This document shows, one piece after another, positions 1-10,727 of a stretch of DNA of 64,000 nt. Source of the DNA: Octopus bimaculoides. Its lineage: Eukaryota. The notes beneath the pieces are model-generated. The model saw nothing but the letters and a program-made list of their open reading frames with translations, searched no databases and was not told the DNA's origin. The stretch's first letter is position 1. The number at the start of each line of letters is the position of its first letter. The position numbers were made by a program, and so were the translations under genes. The stretch lies in the NCBI RefSeq assembly GCF_001194135.2, contig NC_068990.1:12733598-12797597 (forward strand), given 5' to 3'.

Positions 1-1
1 C

Positions 2-349
2 CTGGAATGAGATAGAAGTTGTTTCCTGTTTGTTTGCAGTCTTTATTGCACCTGAACATCTGCCACAAACAAAAACTAACTTGCTAGTTAACCTGCCTTT
101 GATGTTGCTGCACCTCTTATGTGTCCATAGCTTGCACCGGGTACATCTTATAGAGTTACTACCTACTCCTTTTCTACATACTGAGCAGGGCCATCTACCT
201 GAAGGGGTTTGTGTTTTATCTACCTTCCTACTTATTAAGATTTTGGTTTTAGCTAGGTTGACTCTAAGGCCCTTCAATTCTAGACCTTGCTTCCACACCT
301 GAAACTTCTCCTCTAGTTCTGATAGTGACTCCGCAATTAGAGCAAGGTC
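2..349 (-). mobile_element. RTE-clade LINE ORF2 fragment (RT palm/thumb region plus PHD finger), 5'-truncated, runs off the window start
   Basis: My translation of the minus strand gives 116 uninterrupted codons: DLALIAESLSELEEKFQVWKQGLELKGLRVNLAKTKILISRK...GRWPCSVCRKGVGSNSIRCTRCKLWTHKRCSNIKGRLTSKLVFVCGRCSG. It starts at the second D of the RT YADD motif, has the RTE-typical GLxVNxxKTK motif and a C4HC3 finger. It is absent from the ORF track because it has no start codon. Confidence 0.88.
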
Positions 350-534
350 ATATATATAAACTTTAAATAGAGCTCAAAACTGATCTGTTGAAAATACTTT
401 ATTACAACAATAATAATAATAATAATAATAATGAAATTGACCTATGTGAGTTTTTTGCTAAGATTGTTAACAGATACTATATTCTTTTGCCAAATTTTTG
501 GTGAAAAAAATAATATATATATATATATATATTT

Positions 535-730
535 ATGTGTGTATGTTTTCATGTCTGAGTTTGTCCCTGTAACTTAGCCTTTTGTCAAAAGAGACCAATA
601 AAATACGTTCTAGGCTTATGAAGAATAAGTCCAAGTCCTGGGATCAATTTCTTTGACCAAAACCCTTTCAGTCAGTGCTCCAGCATGGCTGCAGTTAAAT
701 GACTGAAATGCGTAAAAGAATAAAAGAAGA
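535..730 (+). mobile_element. SINE family A, 3' half
   Basis: Matches the 3' half of the full copy at 41284-41710 (aaaagagacc..aata..gaataagtcc..gtgctccagcatggctgcagttaaatgactgaaa..taaaagaataaaag). Confidence 0.8.
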
Positions 731-1080
731 AATAAATTCTACATTTGAGAAAGTAATCAGAATGCTAAACATTTAAACTGTAAAGTTGAATTTCATGGTA
801 ATTCTAGTAATGATACTAAAATGTCTTGCAAAAAATAGAATTGGTATTTTCTGCAAATCACTTTACTTCAGTAAACTTGACATGTCTCAAGAAAAAATAG
901 TCTCAAACATGACATTCCTCTACAAAAGATAGATTGGTATATAAAACTGTTTTCCACAGTTAAGGGTAATGAAATTTTAAGTGGATATTTCTTATTTGCA
1001 CAGTAATGCAGTTAAGACTACACAATTTGAGGAGGGGAGATAATCGCCTGAATCAAGGATTCTACAACACTCACATGCCA

Positions 1081-1308
1081 TTAAACATTAAGCATTTAAA
1101 CTGGCCTTGTTCATCCCAAATATTCTTCTTGTTTTATGTTCAAACTGGCCAGATATGACCTGTTACTTTTACCCTATAATATCATTCTAGAGATAAACCA
1201 TTACATCATCAAAATCTCAAAGCTATGAGATAATGTGAGATTAATTCAAAACAATGTAAATAAATAAGTATTACAATAACCAGAGTGATCTGAATGCCAA
1301 ATGGTTAA
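1081..1308. mobile_element. piggyBac-like MITE (TTAA-flanked)
   Basis: TTAA at both ends (1081-1084, 1305-1308). The termini ttaa-acattaagcatt and aatgccaaatgg-ttaa are imperfect inverted repeats resembling piggyBac CCCTT termini. No ORF. Confidence 0.5.
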
Positions 1309-2544
1309 AAAAATGAAAGGCTTAGTGATTTAAATTAGTGTTTATGTGATAATAAGTGTTCCTACTTTTGATTCTTGATTAGCACCAATCCAACTAAATT
1401 TACTGAGAAAAGAATAAAGATTGCTTAATATTATTTCCCTTATCTTATGAATTTGTCACATTATGCCTAAGTAAGAAATCAATATTGATTTGAAATCACC
1501 TCCATGTCAAGGATATTCATTAGAAATTAGTTTAATTTCCAGAATCTGCTACAGTAATTTTTTTTTTTTTTCAAATATTTTATCTTTTTTCCATTTTGAG
1601 GTAGTACTTTATTTTATGAACTATTTCTGTTGTTAAATTGAAAATAATTCAGATTTGTTTGTTTCTGTTATATTTTCTATGGCAAGTTTCTCTTTCTGAT
1701 ATCTATTCTGTATTTTTTTTTTTTCCTTCCTGAAATAAAAGCTAGTTTGAGGTTTAGCATTGTAATAATTTTGTTTTTTAATCTTACACAAATTCCATAG
1801 TTTATTGAGACGTAATTTTCTGTAAAGAACTATTTCTCTTTGAGGAGGTTTCATTAGCAGTATTTATTAATTGAGTAATCATTGTATGAATTCTGAATAA
1901 ATAGATTTCATGTTCTTTAACATGTCATTGACTACACATTTTCAACTGAGAATTTTTGCTTTTATTTGAATAACACCAAAGCACTAACAATAGGTGTAAA
2001 ACACTCAGAAATATAACGATGAAATAATCATCTTTCAAACTGAAGTTAATTAAAACTTCTCTCGTAATAATCTGAATTAACTACAAAAGTGATTTGGCAG
2101 TTCTTTTGTCAACTTCCAAATTAGTTAGCAGCACTGATATAATCATCTACATTTCCAGTTATTCTTATTTTCTAACTCAAGTTTTGTTACATTATATTAT
2201 GCACTATATAAGATATCTATCAGTGGATTATAGTAGAAAACAAAAAAATATACGGATCTTTTTACGTCCTTGTCTTCTGTCAGTGTTATTGAGATGTTCT
2301 GAGAAAAATGAGACCTTAATAAATTTTGTAAGTAATTATGTAGGAAAAAAAAAACTACTTCAATTTATTTGCTTTATTAAAGTAACTGGTTGTCCCAACC
2401 ATAAGGTCATAGGGTCAATCATACTAGCATGTCAGTAGCTGTGAAAATTATATCTAACATTAAATTTGAACTATTGAAGGATAGTATTAGATGAATAGAA
2501 ATATGTGAACATAAAGACTAAATTTCAAACACCTTTTCAGGATT

Positions 2545-2720
2545 CGTCACCACCATGAGTGTTTTAACATCCACTTATCCATTCTTGTGTGGGTCAATGA
2601 AACTTGATGAGCACATTGTCTGTGGTTGAATGCCCTTACCTGTTTCTAAATAAAGTAACACTTACCATAATTAGACATATTTCCATGGGAGATTGGAAAT
2701 GATGGACATTGCTCAAATTG
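2545..2720 (-). mobile_element. SINE family B 3' tail (RTE-like tail), degenerate
   Basis: ttaacatccacttatccattcttgtgtgggtca..gaatgcccttacctgtt matches the tails at 16890, 49215, 50290 and 56705. Confidence 0.65.
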
Positions 2721-2804
2721 CAATATAGTGGGACTGAAATTCACCACAGTCAGTTATTCAGCTACAACACCAGTGATGCAACCACGTATGTGTATTTTTT
2801 ATTT

Positions 2805-3110
2805 TATGCACCCTTTTAAAGCCTAGCAAGGCTCATGGGCCTGGTTTCCCGGTTTCTATGGTGTATGTTCCTTCCCTCCAGCTGGAGGGACGCCAGTCCA
2901 TCACAGCGTTACTCAAGAAACAGGAAGAAAGAGTGAGAGAAAGTTGGGGAAAAAGAGTACAACAGGAGTCGCCACCACCCCCTGCTGGAGCCTCGTGGAG
3001 CCTTTAGCTGTTTTCACTCAATAAACACACACACAACACCCGGTCTGGGAATTGAAACTACAATCTTCTGACCACGAGTGCACTGCCCTAATCGCTGGGC
3101 CATTGCACCT

Positions 3111-3113
<3 letters not shown>
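2805..3113 (-). mobile_element. tRNA-headed SINE (family C head and body, Meta/V-like tail)
   Basis: The minus strand carries an A-box-like tggcccagcgatta and a B-box-like gtttcaattcccagacc. The body (gagtgaaaacagctaaaggctccacgaggctcc..aactttctctcactctt) is shared with 51702-52056. The tail is gatggactggcgtccc..agaaaccgggaaacc. Confidence 0.8.
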
Positions 3114-3154
<41 letters not shown>

Positions 3155-3380
3155 TTTTCATAATGTAACTACATGTGGATCGTTGGTGATCGTTTTCCTC
3201 CACCTTCCTTTTCTCCTGGACTTTCCTCTGTCTCCTGTTTCTGAAGAAGAGCTTTGCTCAAAATGTAAAACTACCTTTCTTTCCTTCCGTGAGTGTCTGT
3301 TAATACTTTGCATGTACCACGTCCGCGCATTGTTGTTTTTTCTTGTTGTGTCTTTTCTTCGTTTTTGGAGGATTAATTAT
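3155..3380 (+). mobile_element. Penelope-like element pseudo-LTR fragment
   Basis: Pyrimidine-rich ~220 bp segment containing a minimal type I hammerhead motif of the CTGANGAAG..C-GAAACGT form that is characteristic of PLE pseudo-LTRs (established knowledge). No ORF. Confidence 0.6.
3237..3271 (+). ncRNA. Degenerate minimal type I hammerhead ribozyme
   Basis: gttt (stem I) - CTGAAGA - A - GAGC-ttt-GCTC (stem II) - AAAA (canonical GAAA) - T (canonical C) - GTA (cleavage triplet) - aaac (pairs with gttt). Both core changes are CpG-type transitions. Confidence 0.7.
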
Positions 3381-4129
3381 AGATATATATATGTGTGTGT
3401 GTGTGCGCACACTCTCTCTCACACACCCACGTACATGTATATGTGTGTGTGTGTGCGCACTCTCTCTCTCATTCACACACCCACGTACATGCATATATAT
3501 ATATGTGTGTGTGTGTGAGTGTGCATAGTGCTCTAGCTTTATCAAGAAAAATTTAATAAGTTGTAAATGAAACATCTGCATGCTGGTCATAAATACATTT
3601 GTTAGTATTTACCATCATCTTTAGCTTTTATTCACCCCTGGGTTCTTATTAACAAGTAACCTTTAATGTACTTATACATATATATTTATACACATACAAG
3701 CACACATATACTAACATACATTAACACACACACCCACATACAAAGACGCACACAGATATACATATATAAATAAATATGTGTGTGTGTGTGTATGTATGTA
3801 TGTATGCTGCACTATGTTGGAAAGTGAAGAAAATGTCTTCATTAATATTAACTGAACATCTGGTAGGAATTGTTACTTATAAAAAGTAAAAAAAGAAAAA
3901 TATCATTTTTGAAGAAAGAAAAGTAAGAAATGGAGCATTATCTCATGGGAATTGATAGGGTAATGTTTAAGGTTAGTGGTGGTTGATAAAAGAAATGGTT
4001 TCATTAAAAGCAGAGTCAATATTTATGCAGGTGTATACATAGTATATCAACAGTGAGATCTTTTAGTCCATTGTATTTAGCTTTAGGTGGCAATTTAGTG
4101 GAGTCATTAATCGATCGAATAGAATTCTT

Positions 4130-4260
4130 TCTCATATTTATTTAGACTCTCTAAGTTCTGAGTTCAAATCCCACTGTAAACATCAACTTTGCTTTCATCC
4201 TTTTTATACGAATGATAAAGAGTCAATCAAATGCAGTGGATTGGCTAAACTATAAATATA
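4130..4260 (+). mobile_element. SINE family F fragment, degenerate
   Basis: aagttctgagttcaaatccc..catcaactttgctttcatcctt matches the reverse complement of 26122-26340. Similar fragments occur at ~4600-4760 and ~7120-7220. Confidence 0.6.
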
Positions 4261-5924
4261 TTCAAACAGATGCTTAGCAGTATTTCTTCTCGTTCTTTAC
4301 AATTCAAGCTCAAATCACAGCAAGGCCCATTTGAGTGGAAGTCAATATCTGCTGTCCAGCTTAACATCACTAACTAGCACCTTGAGTGCTTTTAGCAGAA
4401 TGCCCTGTCAAAATATCCAGACTTAGTCTCCACTTTGAGGATATCTTTATCTCACCTGTCTTGTAATCTCTGTAAATGGTCATGGGTGCTGCTTGCTTGT
4501 TTCCTTTCATGAGAGCATGTTCATATCATATTAAAAGAAAAGCTCTGCATTAGAATCAATGGGAGAGAGTTAATGCAGCAGAGCAGTAGATTATTGAGCT
4601 TCACATTTAGATTTATACCTCTGAATTTGAGTTTAAATTCCTCTGGGTGGTTGCAGATTGGAAGAGTACATAAAACAATTACCAGTCGTACATCATAGTC
4701 GATTCGGTTGACCGTTTTTTCCCTTCTTTGCTACAACTTTTGACCTTGTACTTAGCCAAGATAAATCAATATAAACAGCAAAATTCTTGGTTTTGGCTAT
4801 GATTTTCCAAAGTTTGCAATCAGTAATGTGTCATATATAAAAGAAGGTCACTAGCAGATTTGGCATTTTGGAATCCATATCAGAAATCACTGCAAAGTGG
4901 GTGATTCATGGCATTAAAGAAGATAATCGTTAATAATAATTTTCTTTACTGTAGAAATGTTGGAGGCAGAATGTGTCAGAATGGTCTCCTATCTTCTAGA
5001 TTAATTATTCTTTGATTTTTATGATATTAAATTTCCTATTTTATAATAATGAGAGACCCCCAAGTATATCCTTGCCTGATATTTCTGATATAAATTGCCA
5101 ATTTTATTGAATACCTTAAACCGTTTGCAGCAATATATAATGTTTGAAAGGAAACTATAAATGAATCATAAAGTTGTTTATACTTGTGTCTTTATATGTG
5201 ATTATAGTGAAAAGGAAACATCAGATTTAACAATTTCAATTCCATGGGGATTATTTGTTGTAAAATCAATATATTTATTACAGGTTATCAAGTGAAATGT
5301 CAGAAAATATCAATAGAAGCATTCTTTTAGTTTTACTTAATATAGTCTCAGCTATAATAAACAAAATAGTTATGTTGAGCTTTCTTTTCATTTTTTTTTT
5401 TTCTCTCTCATGTTTATATGTAATTTTTAGAAATATCTGCTTCAGAAGAAGAAACATAAGGAACGTCTCAAATTTATGACCAAACAAAATCTAGCAAAAG
5501 TTTGAAAATTATATAGTAACTGACATGATTTTTTTTCTTTTTTTTTTTCCTTTTATTGTTACTGCAAAGATTTGTTCTTGCTTTGCTTTTTGATAAATAT
5601 ATATTTCAAACTCACATATAATAAGTGGTTTATAAATTGGCATTTTTAGTTGTATTTCACTGTTGTTGTTTATTAAAGTTTACAGATATTACATTCTGCT
5701 CCCATTATGTTGTAAATCCATTCCTATGCTTTAGATATGTAGGAATCTTTTATATTTCTGCTGTGATCAATGTGTAATAGAAAAGATAGAGAATAGATTG
5801 TGTTAGTTCCATCCAGATACAATATTAGAATTAGTATTGAAAATCATGCATGACATATTCAGCATTGGCAGAAATTCTGTGAACTGTAATGAAACTGTGA
5901 ACTGAAGGATAGACCCATATTCAT

Positions 5925-6340
5925 GTTGGTAAAGAAGCTTCGATGCCATAATCTATGATAAGCCTTCCAAATATCTCAGGGTCATAGACCATTTGCAATT
6001 GATATATAAGTAAAGGGCCACTGGAAAATAGTAAGGAAAGAGATTCTAGTTGTTTGGCGAGGTTAATAATAGTTTCTATCTGCTTAGATATGTTTAAAAT
6101 CAAAGAATTTGATAGCAAGATGGTGGGTGAAAGGTTATATTTTTCTGAAGGTAAAGAGGTCACAGAGTTCTATTTTCCAACATTTCCGCAGAGATATTTG
6201 TGAACAGAGCAGCGAAAAATTAAAAGAGTTTGCAAATAGCTGGGAATAGGTCACAGATGTAATGTTTGATGGTTGTCTACCTGATTCCAAATGGATTAGC
6301 AGATTTATTAGTTTTGAAGAAGTTGGTTTTCTGAGCATTG
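5925..6340 (-). mobile_element. Highly degenerate CR1/L2 (Jockey-group) LINE reverse transcriptase fragment
   Basis: Across shifting minus-strand frames I read, in the correct order: KTNKSANPFGI (cf. KSxGPDGI), LFPAICKLF, KCWK, ISKQIETIINLAKQLESLSLL (cf. LSKVMETIINxxLxxHLExxxLL) and AYHRLWH (cf. AFDRVWH). Many stops and frameshifts. Confidence 0.55.
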
Positions 6341-7261
6341 TATTGAGAGTTTAGGCATAGTATCAGGATAGCAATTATAAAGATGATTTTATGGTTCTTT
6401 ATGGGAAGTTAGACATAAAAATATTAGGTAACATCTGTAAGTTTAGTGTTTGCAATGTTTCTATTCAATTAGGATTGAAAAGCACTACAAACTACCAAGC
6501 ATTATAAGGTTATATTATTAGAAGAAAAGGATATTCGCAGAAGTCATAAGAAATTGGATTTTACAACTGGATATTTGGATATCAGAATCCAAATGTGTAT
6601 TATTGTTGTTGGAACATTACATCAGACAATTTTTCCTTATCATTTTCTCTTAGCTAATATAACACTGAAGCATGGCATACTATTCCAATTAAGTTAGTTA
6701 CATGTATAAAGCTTTGAAAGATTTTTTATTATCTCTTAGAATATAAACTGACTTTTATAACCTGACAAATTTTATGCTTATGTTTTCATCTCTTTGAGTA
6801 GAGGAAAACAAGGTTTTCATTCCGTAACGTTCCTACACTAATTAACTCTGTATTCGAAGAGTTCTGATAATCAAATGTCACAGCTTCTTTAGAATGAAAA
6901 AAAATCTGATATGTGATACATACTCTCAGCAGTAACATATTCTTCAAGTATTCACGAATGCACACCATAATAATCCAAGTCCTTGAAGTTTAATTAAGCT
7001 ATTTATCAATAGTTTTTATTCATATTCAGTTGCAAAATAACATTTAAATCCCTACAATGTTATTGATATATATGAAGGGCAGAGAATTTGCAGCATCATT
7101 AAACCATCATCCAAAATACCTTGTGGTGTTAAAATCCTGCTCATGTTGACTTTGCTATTCACTCTTCTGCTGTTAAGAAAAGTACTTGTAAAAATATTTG
7201 ATGGTGGGGGTGTGATAGTATTACCTTTACCATCCTGCCAAAATCCTATAATAACAAAAGA

Positions 7262-7310
7262 AGGCACATGGAGTAGTGGTTACGGTGTTGCACTCATAAA
7301 AGCAAGGTCA
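7262..7310 (+). mobile_element. SINE family D head (A box), interrupted by the Gypsy insertion
   Basis: ggcacatggagtagtggttacggtgttgcactc..aaggtca is homologous to the heads at 27660 and 47695. It continues at 9114. Confidence 0.7.
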
Positions 7311-7539
7311 TGTTTTTTATATCCTTCTATCCGTCATGAAGCGGGGATAGACACAACTGTCTTCACATGATGTACTTCAAATTACTTCACTAAACATGAT
7401 ACTCCAATAAATACAAACTCCAAATGATCTCAATGACTTTCTACGACTTCCCCGTCTCAACTAATATGCTACTCTTTATAAGAGTTCAGCTAGTCCATTC
7501 TTCCAATCCCACAGGGTGTCAATGACTTTTGTCACAACA
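7311..7539 (-). repeat. 3' LTR
   Basis: TGT...ACA termini. By eye roughly 85-90% identical to 8842-9113 in aligned blocks, with indels. TATAAA is present on the minus strand (cttataaagagt). Confidence 0.9.
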
Positions 7540-7550
7540 TCTCCCTCTTT
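7540..7550 (-). other. Polypurine tract (AAAGAGGGAGA)
   Basis: Purine run immediately 5' of the TGT of the 3' LTR on the minus strand. Confidence 0.85.
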
Positions 7551-7612
7551 GAGATTTACTTCATAGGAAAGTTTAATATTTCTTCCGTTTAGGCATGACT
7601 TCCAACCGTTCC

Positions 7613-8066
7613 GTTTGCCAGTCCTAAAAATGTTTGTAAGGCCCCTATATTAGTCTGAGGAGGCATATTTTTAATCGTGTCTACCTCCAACAGGTTAGAT
7701 AATTATCCATTTCTGTCAATGATCTGACCTAAATATCTTATTTCTGGTAAGAAAAATTTATACTTTTCTTCACTCAAAGTAAAGCTGTAATCCTTAATTT
7801 TTTTCAAATAAGTATTTTACATGTTTGATGTGTTGATCCCTGGATCCACTTTTAATGAGTAGATCATCCAGATATGGAATTGCAAATTCACAGTCCACTA
7901 ACATTGCATCCATAATCTGTTGAAAAATCGCTGGTTTGACTTTTAAACCAAATAGCAACCTGTTGTACTTATACAGTCCTTTATATGTGCCAACTATTAG
8001 ATACTTCAAGCATTTATCGTCTACTCTAATTTGCTAGTACACATCAGAGAGATCCAATTTAGAAAA
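7613..8066 (-). pseudogene. pol: Gypsy reverse transcriptase remnant
   Basis: FSKLDLSDVY*QIRVD..KGLYKYNRLLFGLKVKPAIFQQIMDAML..IPYLDDLLI, then after a frameshift KFFLPEIRYLGQII..FLGLAN. It is fused directly to an IN C-terminus-like EVMPKRKKY* (~7573-7605). RNase H and the IN core are absent. Confidence 0.9.
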
Positions 8067-8160
8067 TTACTTTTCACTGATTTTTTTTTCTGAGACACCT
8101 TTTGCAATTTTTAAAGTTTCCATTAATGTAGGATTTCCTATTTTTTTGCCATGTGTCAGA

Positions 8161-8212
8161 GTTAATTGTAATATCACTGCCTGTATCTAGCTGTTGCTTT
8201 ATTTTCACATTA
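8161..8212 (-). pseudogene. Gypsy aspartic protease active-site remnant
   Basis: The minus strand reads NVKIKQQLDTGSDITIN (DTG motif). Confidence 0.85.
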
Positions 8213-8279
8213 TTAATTTTTATGTACACAAACTTTCTTTTGTGATCCTCGCCTAGACTTTCTGTTGAGAAAACCTTTC

Positions 8280-8742
8280 CAAAATTTTTTGCGTTTGACC
8301 TTTTTTCTTTCTTATCCGTTACAGATCAACATGCATGTATGTGAGAGTAATCCTTTTCTTTAATTTTATTTGCATCATGTTATCCAGTAACGATTCTCTG
8401 ACATTCCTCTGCCACTACCTGCAGTCAAACTCTAGTCTTATTCTAATTTTGTCAATATCCGGGGACATATCTCTGCATCTTTGCTTGCAGTAAACCCTTG
8501 AACAAAAATTAGACATTTGCATTCCTCTTTGAAGATTTCTTCGTATCTTCGGAAACATGCAGAAAAGTAATGCCTTCTTCTGGATTATAACTAAATTCTA
8601 CAATTACATTAGGTACGCCATCTGCCGAGAACGAACCTGAAGTATTTTTGGACGTCAATATTAATTCCAGCAACTGTTGGTATTGTTGTTGTTGTTGTTG
8701 CTGCTTTAACAGTTGTTGCTGTTGCTGTTGCAACTGCACCAT
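8280..8742 (-). pseudogene. gag: Gypsy gag remnant with N-terminal polyQ
   Basis: MVQLQQQQQQLLKQQQ..FSYNPEEGITF, then frameshifted FRRYEEIF..IFVQGFTASKDAEI..ILTKLE. It lies between the PBS and PR. Similar to K02A2.6-like Gypsy gag as I recall it. Confidence 0.7.
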
Positions 8743-8832
8743 GGAGGCTAATAAGTCTTCTATGTTAACTAATTTTCCTTTGATTTTGTATCAAAAGAAA
8801 ATACTAACATGTGATGTAAGCTTCAAATGAAA

Positions 8833-8841
8833 TCGTCACCA
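8833..8841 (-). other. Primer-binding site (TGGTGACGA)
   Basis: TGG-initiated motif directly 3' of the 5' LTR on the minus strand. Confidence 0.7.
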
Positions 8842-9113
8842 CTTTTATATCCTTCTATATGTTGGATATACAGATTTCACAAAGTGGGGATAGACACAAT
8901 TGTCTTCACACGATGTACTTCGTATTACTCCACTAAACATGATGCTTCAATAAATACAAACTCTCAAAGATCTCAACGACTTCCTACAGCTTCCTTGAAC
9001 TCTCAACGACTCATACAACTTGCCCCGTCTCATCCTATATGTTACTCTTTATAAGAGTTCAGCTTGACCATTCTTCCAATTCCACAGGGGTGTCAATGAC
9101 TCTTGCCCCAACA
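8842..9113 (-). repeat. 5' LTR
   Basis: Begins TGTTGGGG on the minus strand and is homologous to 7311-7539. The terminal CA appears lost. Confidence 0.9.
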
Positions 9114-9310
9114 TGGTTTCAATTCACAGACTAGGCAGTGCATTGTGTTCTTGTGCAAAATATTCCATTTCACATTGCTCCAGTCCATTCAACTATAAAC
9201 GTGTAATGTTATGATGGACTGGTTCCTATTCAGAGGAAATATTGTGATGCTGGTAACTTTTATGCCATGGAAACTATGTAACCAGCCCTTTGGGCCTGAG
9301 GACTGGTGAC
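9114..9310 (+). mobile_element. SINE family D continuation (B box, CORE/Meta-like body, Meta/V-like tail)
   Basis: ggtttcaattc (B-box-like), gttcttgtgcaaaatattccatttcacattgctccagtccattcaact, then gatggactggttcc..atgccatggaaac. Confidence 0.7.
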
Positions 9311-9448
9311 AGTAATGTCCAGGGGTTGTTGTTGATGATGATGACACTCTCCAATAATAAATGGCCTGGTGCCAATGGTAAGAATTAATTTGATTGCTAC
9401 TTAGGTAATAGACTTTGAATTTTATTAGGACAGCAAAATGGAATATTG

Positions 9449-9500
<52 letters not shown>

Positions 9501-10002
9501 GTGTGTGTGTGTATGTATATCCCACCAAATATCCCAATGTTCCATTTACATTATTAAAAGTCTCTCTCTCTCCAAAGATATTAATGACTTAAGGGAAGTG
9601 AATTGGTTCCAACTGAAAATTGAAAATGATTCACAAACTTGTCTCTCTGAGAGCTCACTGTTACATTAAGTTGCTTGTACAATTGCTACTTAATGTATGT
9701 AACATTATTGAAAACTACTTCTAGTAGTTTTGAGATAGCTTATTTTCACTGACCAAAAGATTTCTTTTTCTATATATATAACAGAAATAAAATTATGTGA
9801 AAATGTCTTAGATGATCAAATTTTAAATGTTCTATTCTAAGAGTTTAAGAAATTTCAGTAATGCCAGTTTACCATCAAAATAAAACAGCTTTGAAGAAAA
9901 TAGCAAAATCAAATGAACAAAACAAAAACAAAAACAAAATAAAAAAAACACAGTCAATAATGAAATAGATATAGTAAAAGATTTATTAAAATCAATGCTA
10001 GA

Positions 10003-10400
10003 TAGAGGTGTGGATGTGTGGTTCAGATGCTTGCTTCCCAAATATGTGATCTCAGGTTCAAACCCATGGTGTGGTATCTTGAGCAAGTGTCTTCTCCTAT
10101 GGCATCTGGCTGAACAAAGCCAGTGGGTGGATTTGGTAAACAGACATGTGTGTGTGCGTGTGTATGTGTGTCTTGACATCATATGCTGGTTGTAAACAAG
10201 GACCATAGTCATACAGACAGTGTTGTTTCTTTGCAATCTTCCTTGAAAAGCATGTTTGGCCATAGGGTAATATAATCTTGTCTGGAAACCAGTGAGGGTT
10301 GATGATAAAAGGACCATTCCGCTATAAAAAATCTGCCTCAATGAATTCCATCTTACCCATGCAAGCATGGAAAAGAGGATATTAAATAATGATGATGAAT
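10003..10400 (+). mobile_element. SINE family B, full length (family A head, internal microsatellite, RTE-like tail)
   Basis: The head gtgtggttcagatgcttgcttccc..ggttcaaacccatgg is shared with family A. The tail acccatgcaagcatggaaaagaggatattaaataatgatgatg differs from that of A. Confidence 0.8.
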
Positions 10401-10615
10401 GAGAGGCTCTTAATGTAATTGTCTTATCTACCAGAAATAACAGCCAAATCTTTCTAAAACCACACACCGCTGTCTTGGACAAAACAGGGACACATTGGAT
10501 AACGTAGTCCTCAATACAACATTATCTCTGCCACAAAAGATGTATGGTGATGGGTACACTGCTTTTGATCATATGTTTTCTTGCTCAGAAGCGGCCAGGG
10601 GCTCTAAACAAAAGC
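10401..10615 (-). repeat. Unclassified interspersed repeat family E (~230 bp)
   Basis: cagaaataacagccaaatc..gacacattggataacgtagtcc..gatcata..ggggctctaaac. Other copies or fragments at ~20510, 30660, 33490, 38790, 42405, 43440, 44820, 46260, 46390 and 52808. Confidence 0.7.
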
Positions 10616-10727
10616 AACAACACTGACATATCTAAGATTAGTTTTTTATGTTAAATAATGATTTGTGTGCTGAGTAAGAGGTGATAAAGGATTTGGATTC
10701 CTTTGAATAGATTTTCCTTAAAACTTT

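Larger units (their letters stand above)
7311..9113 (-). mobile_element. Internally deleted Ty3/Gypsy LTR retrotransposon (1.8 kb, non-autonomous remnant)
   Basis: Two related LTRs (7311-7539, 8842-9113). On the minus strand there is a PBS-like TGGTGACGA after the 5' LTR and a PPT AAAGAGGGAGA before the 3' LTR. Remnants of gag, PR, RT and the IN terminus are in Gypsy order. Confidence 0.92.

Noticed and set aside
7052-7370. ORFs 7052-7267 (-) and 7143-7370 (+) as a host gene
   Set aside because: They overlap a degenerate F SINE, a D SINE head and the LTR.
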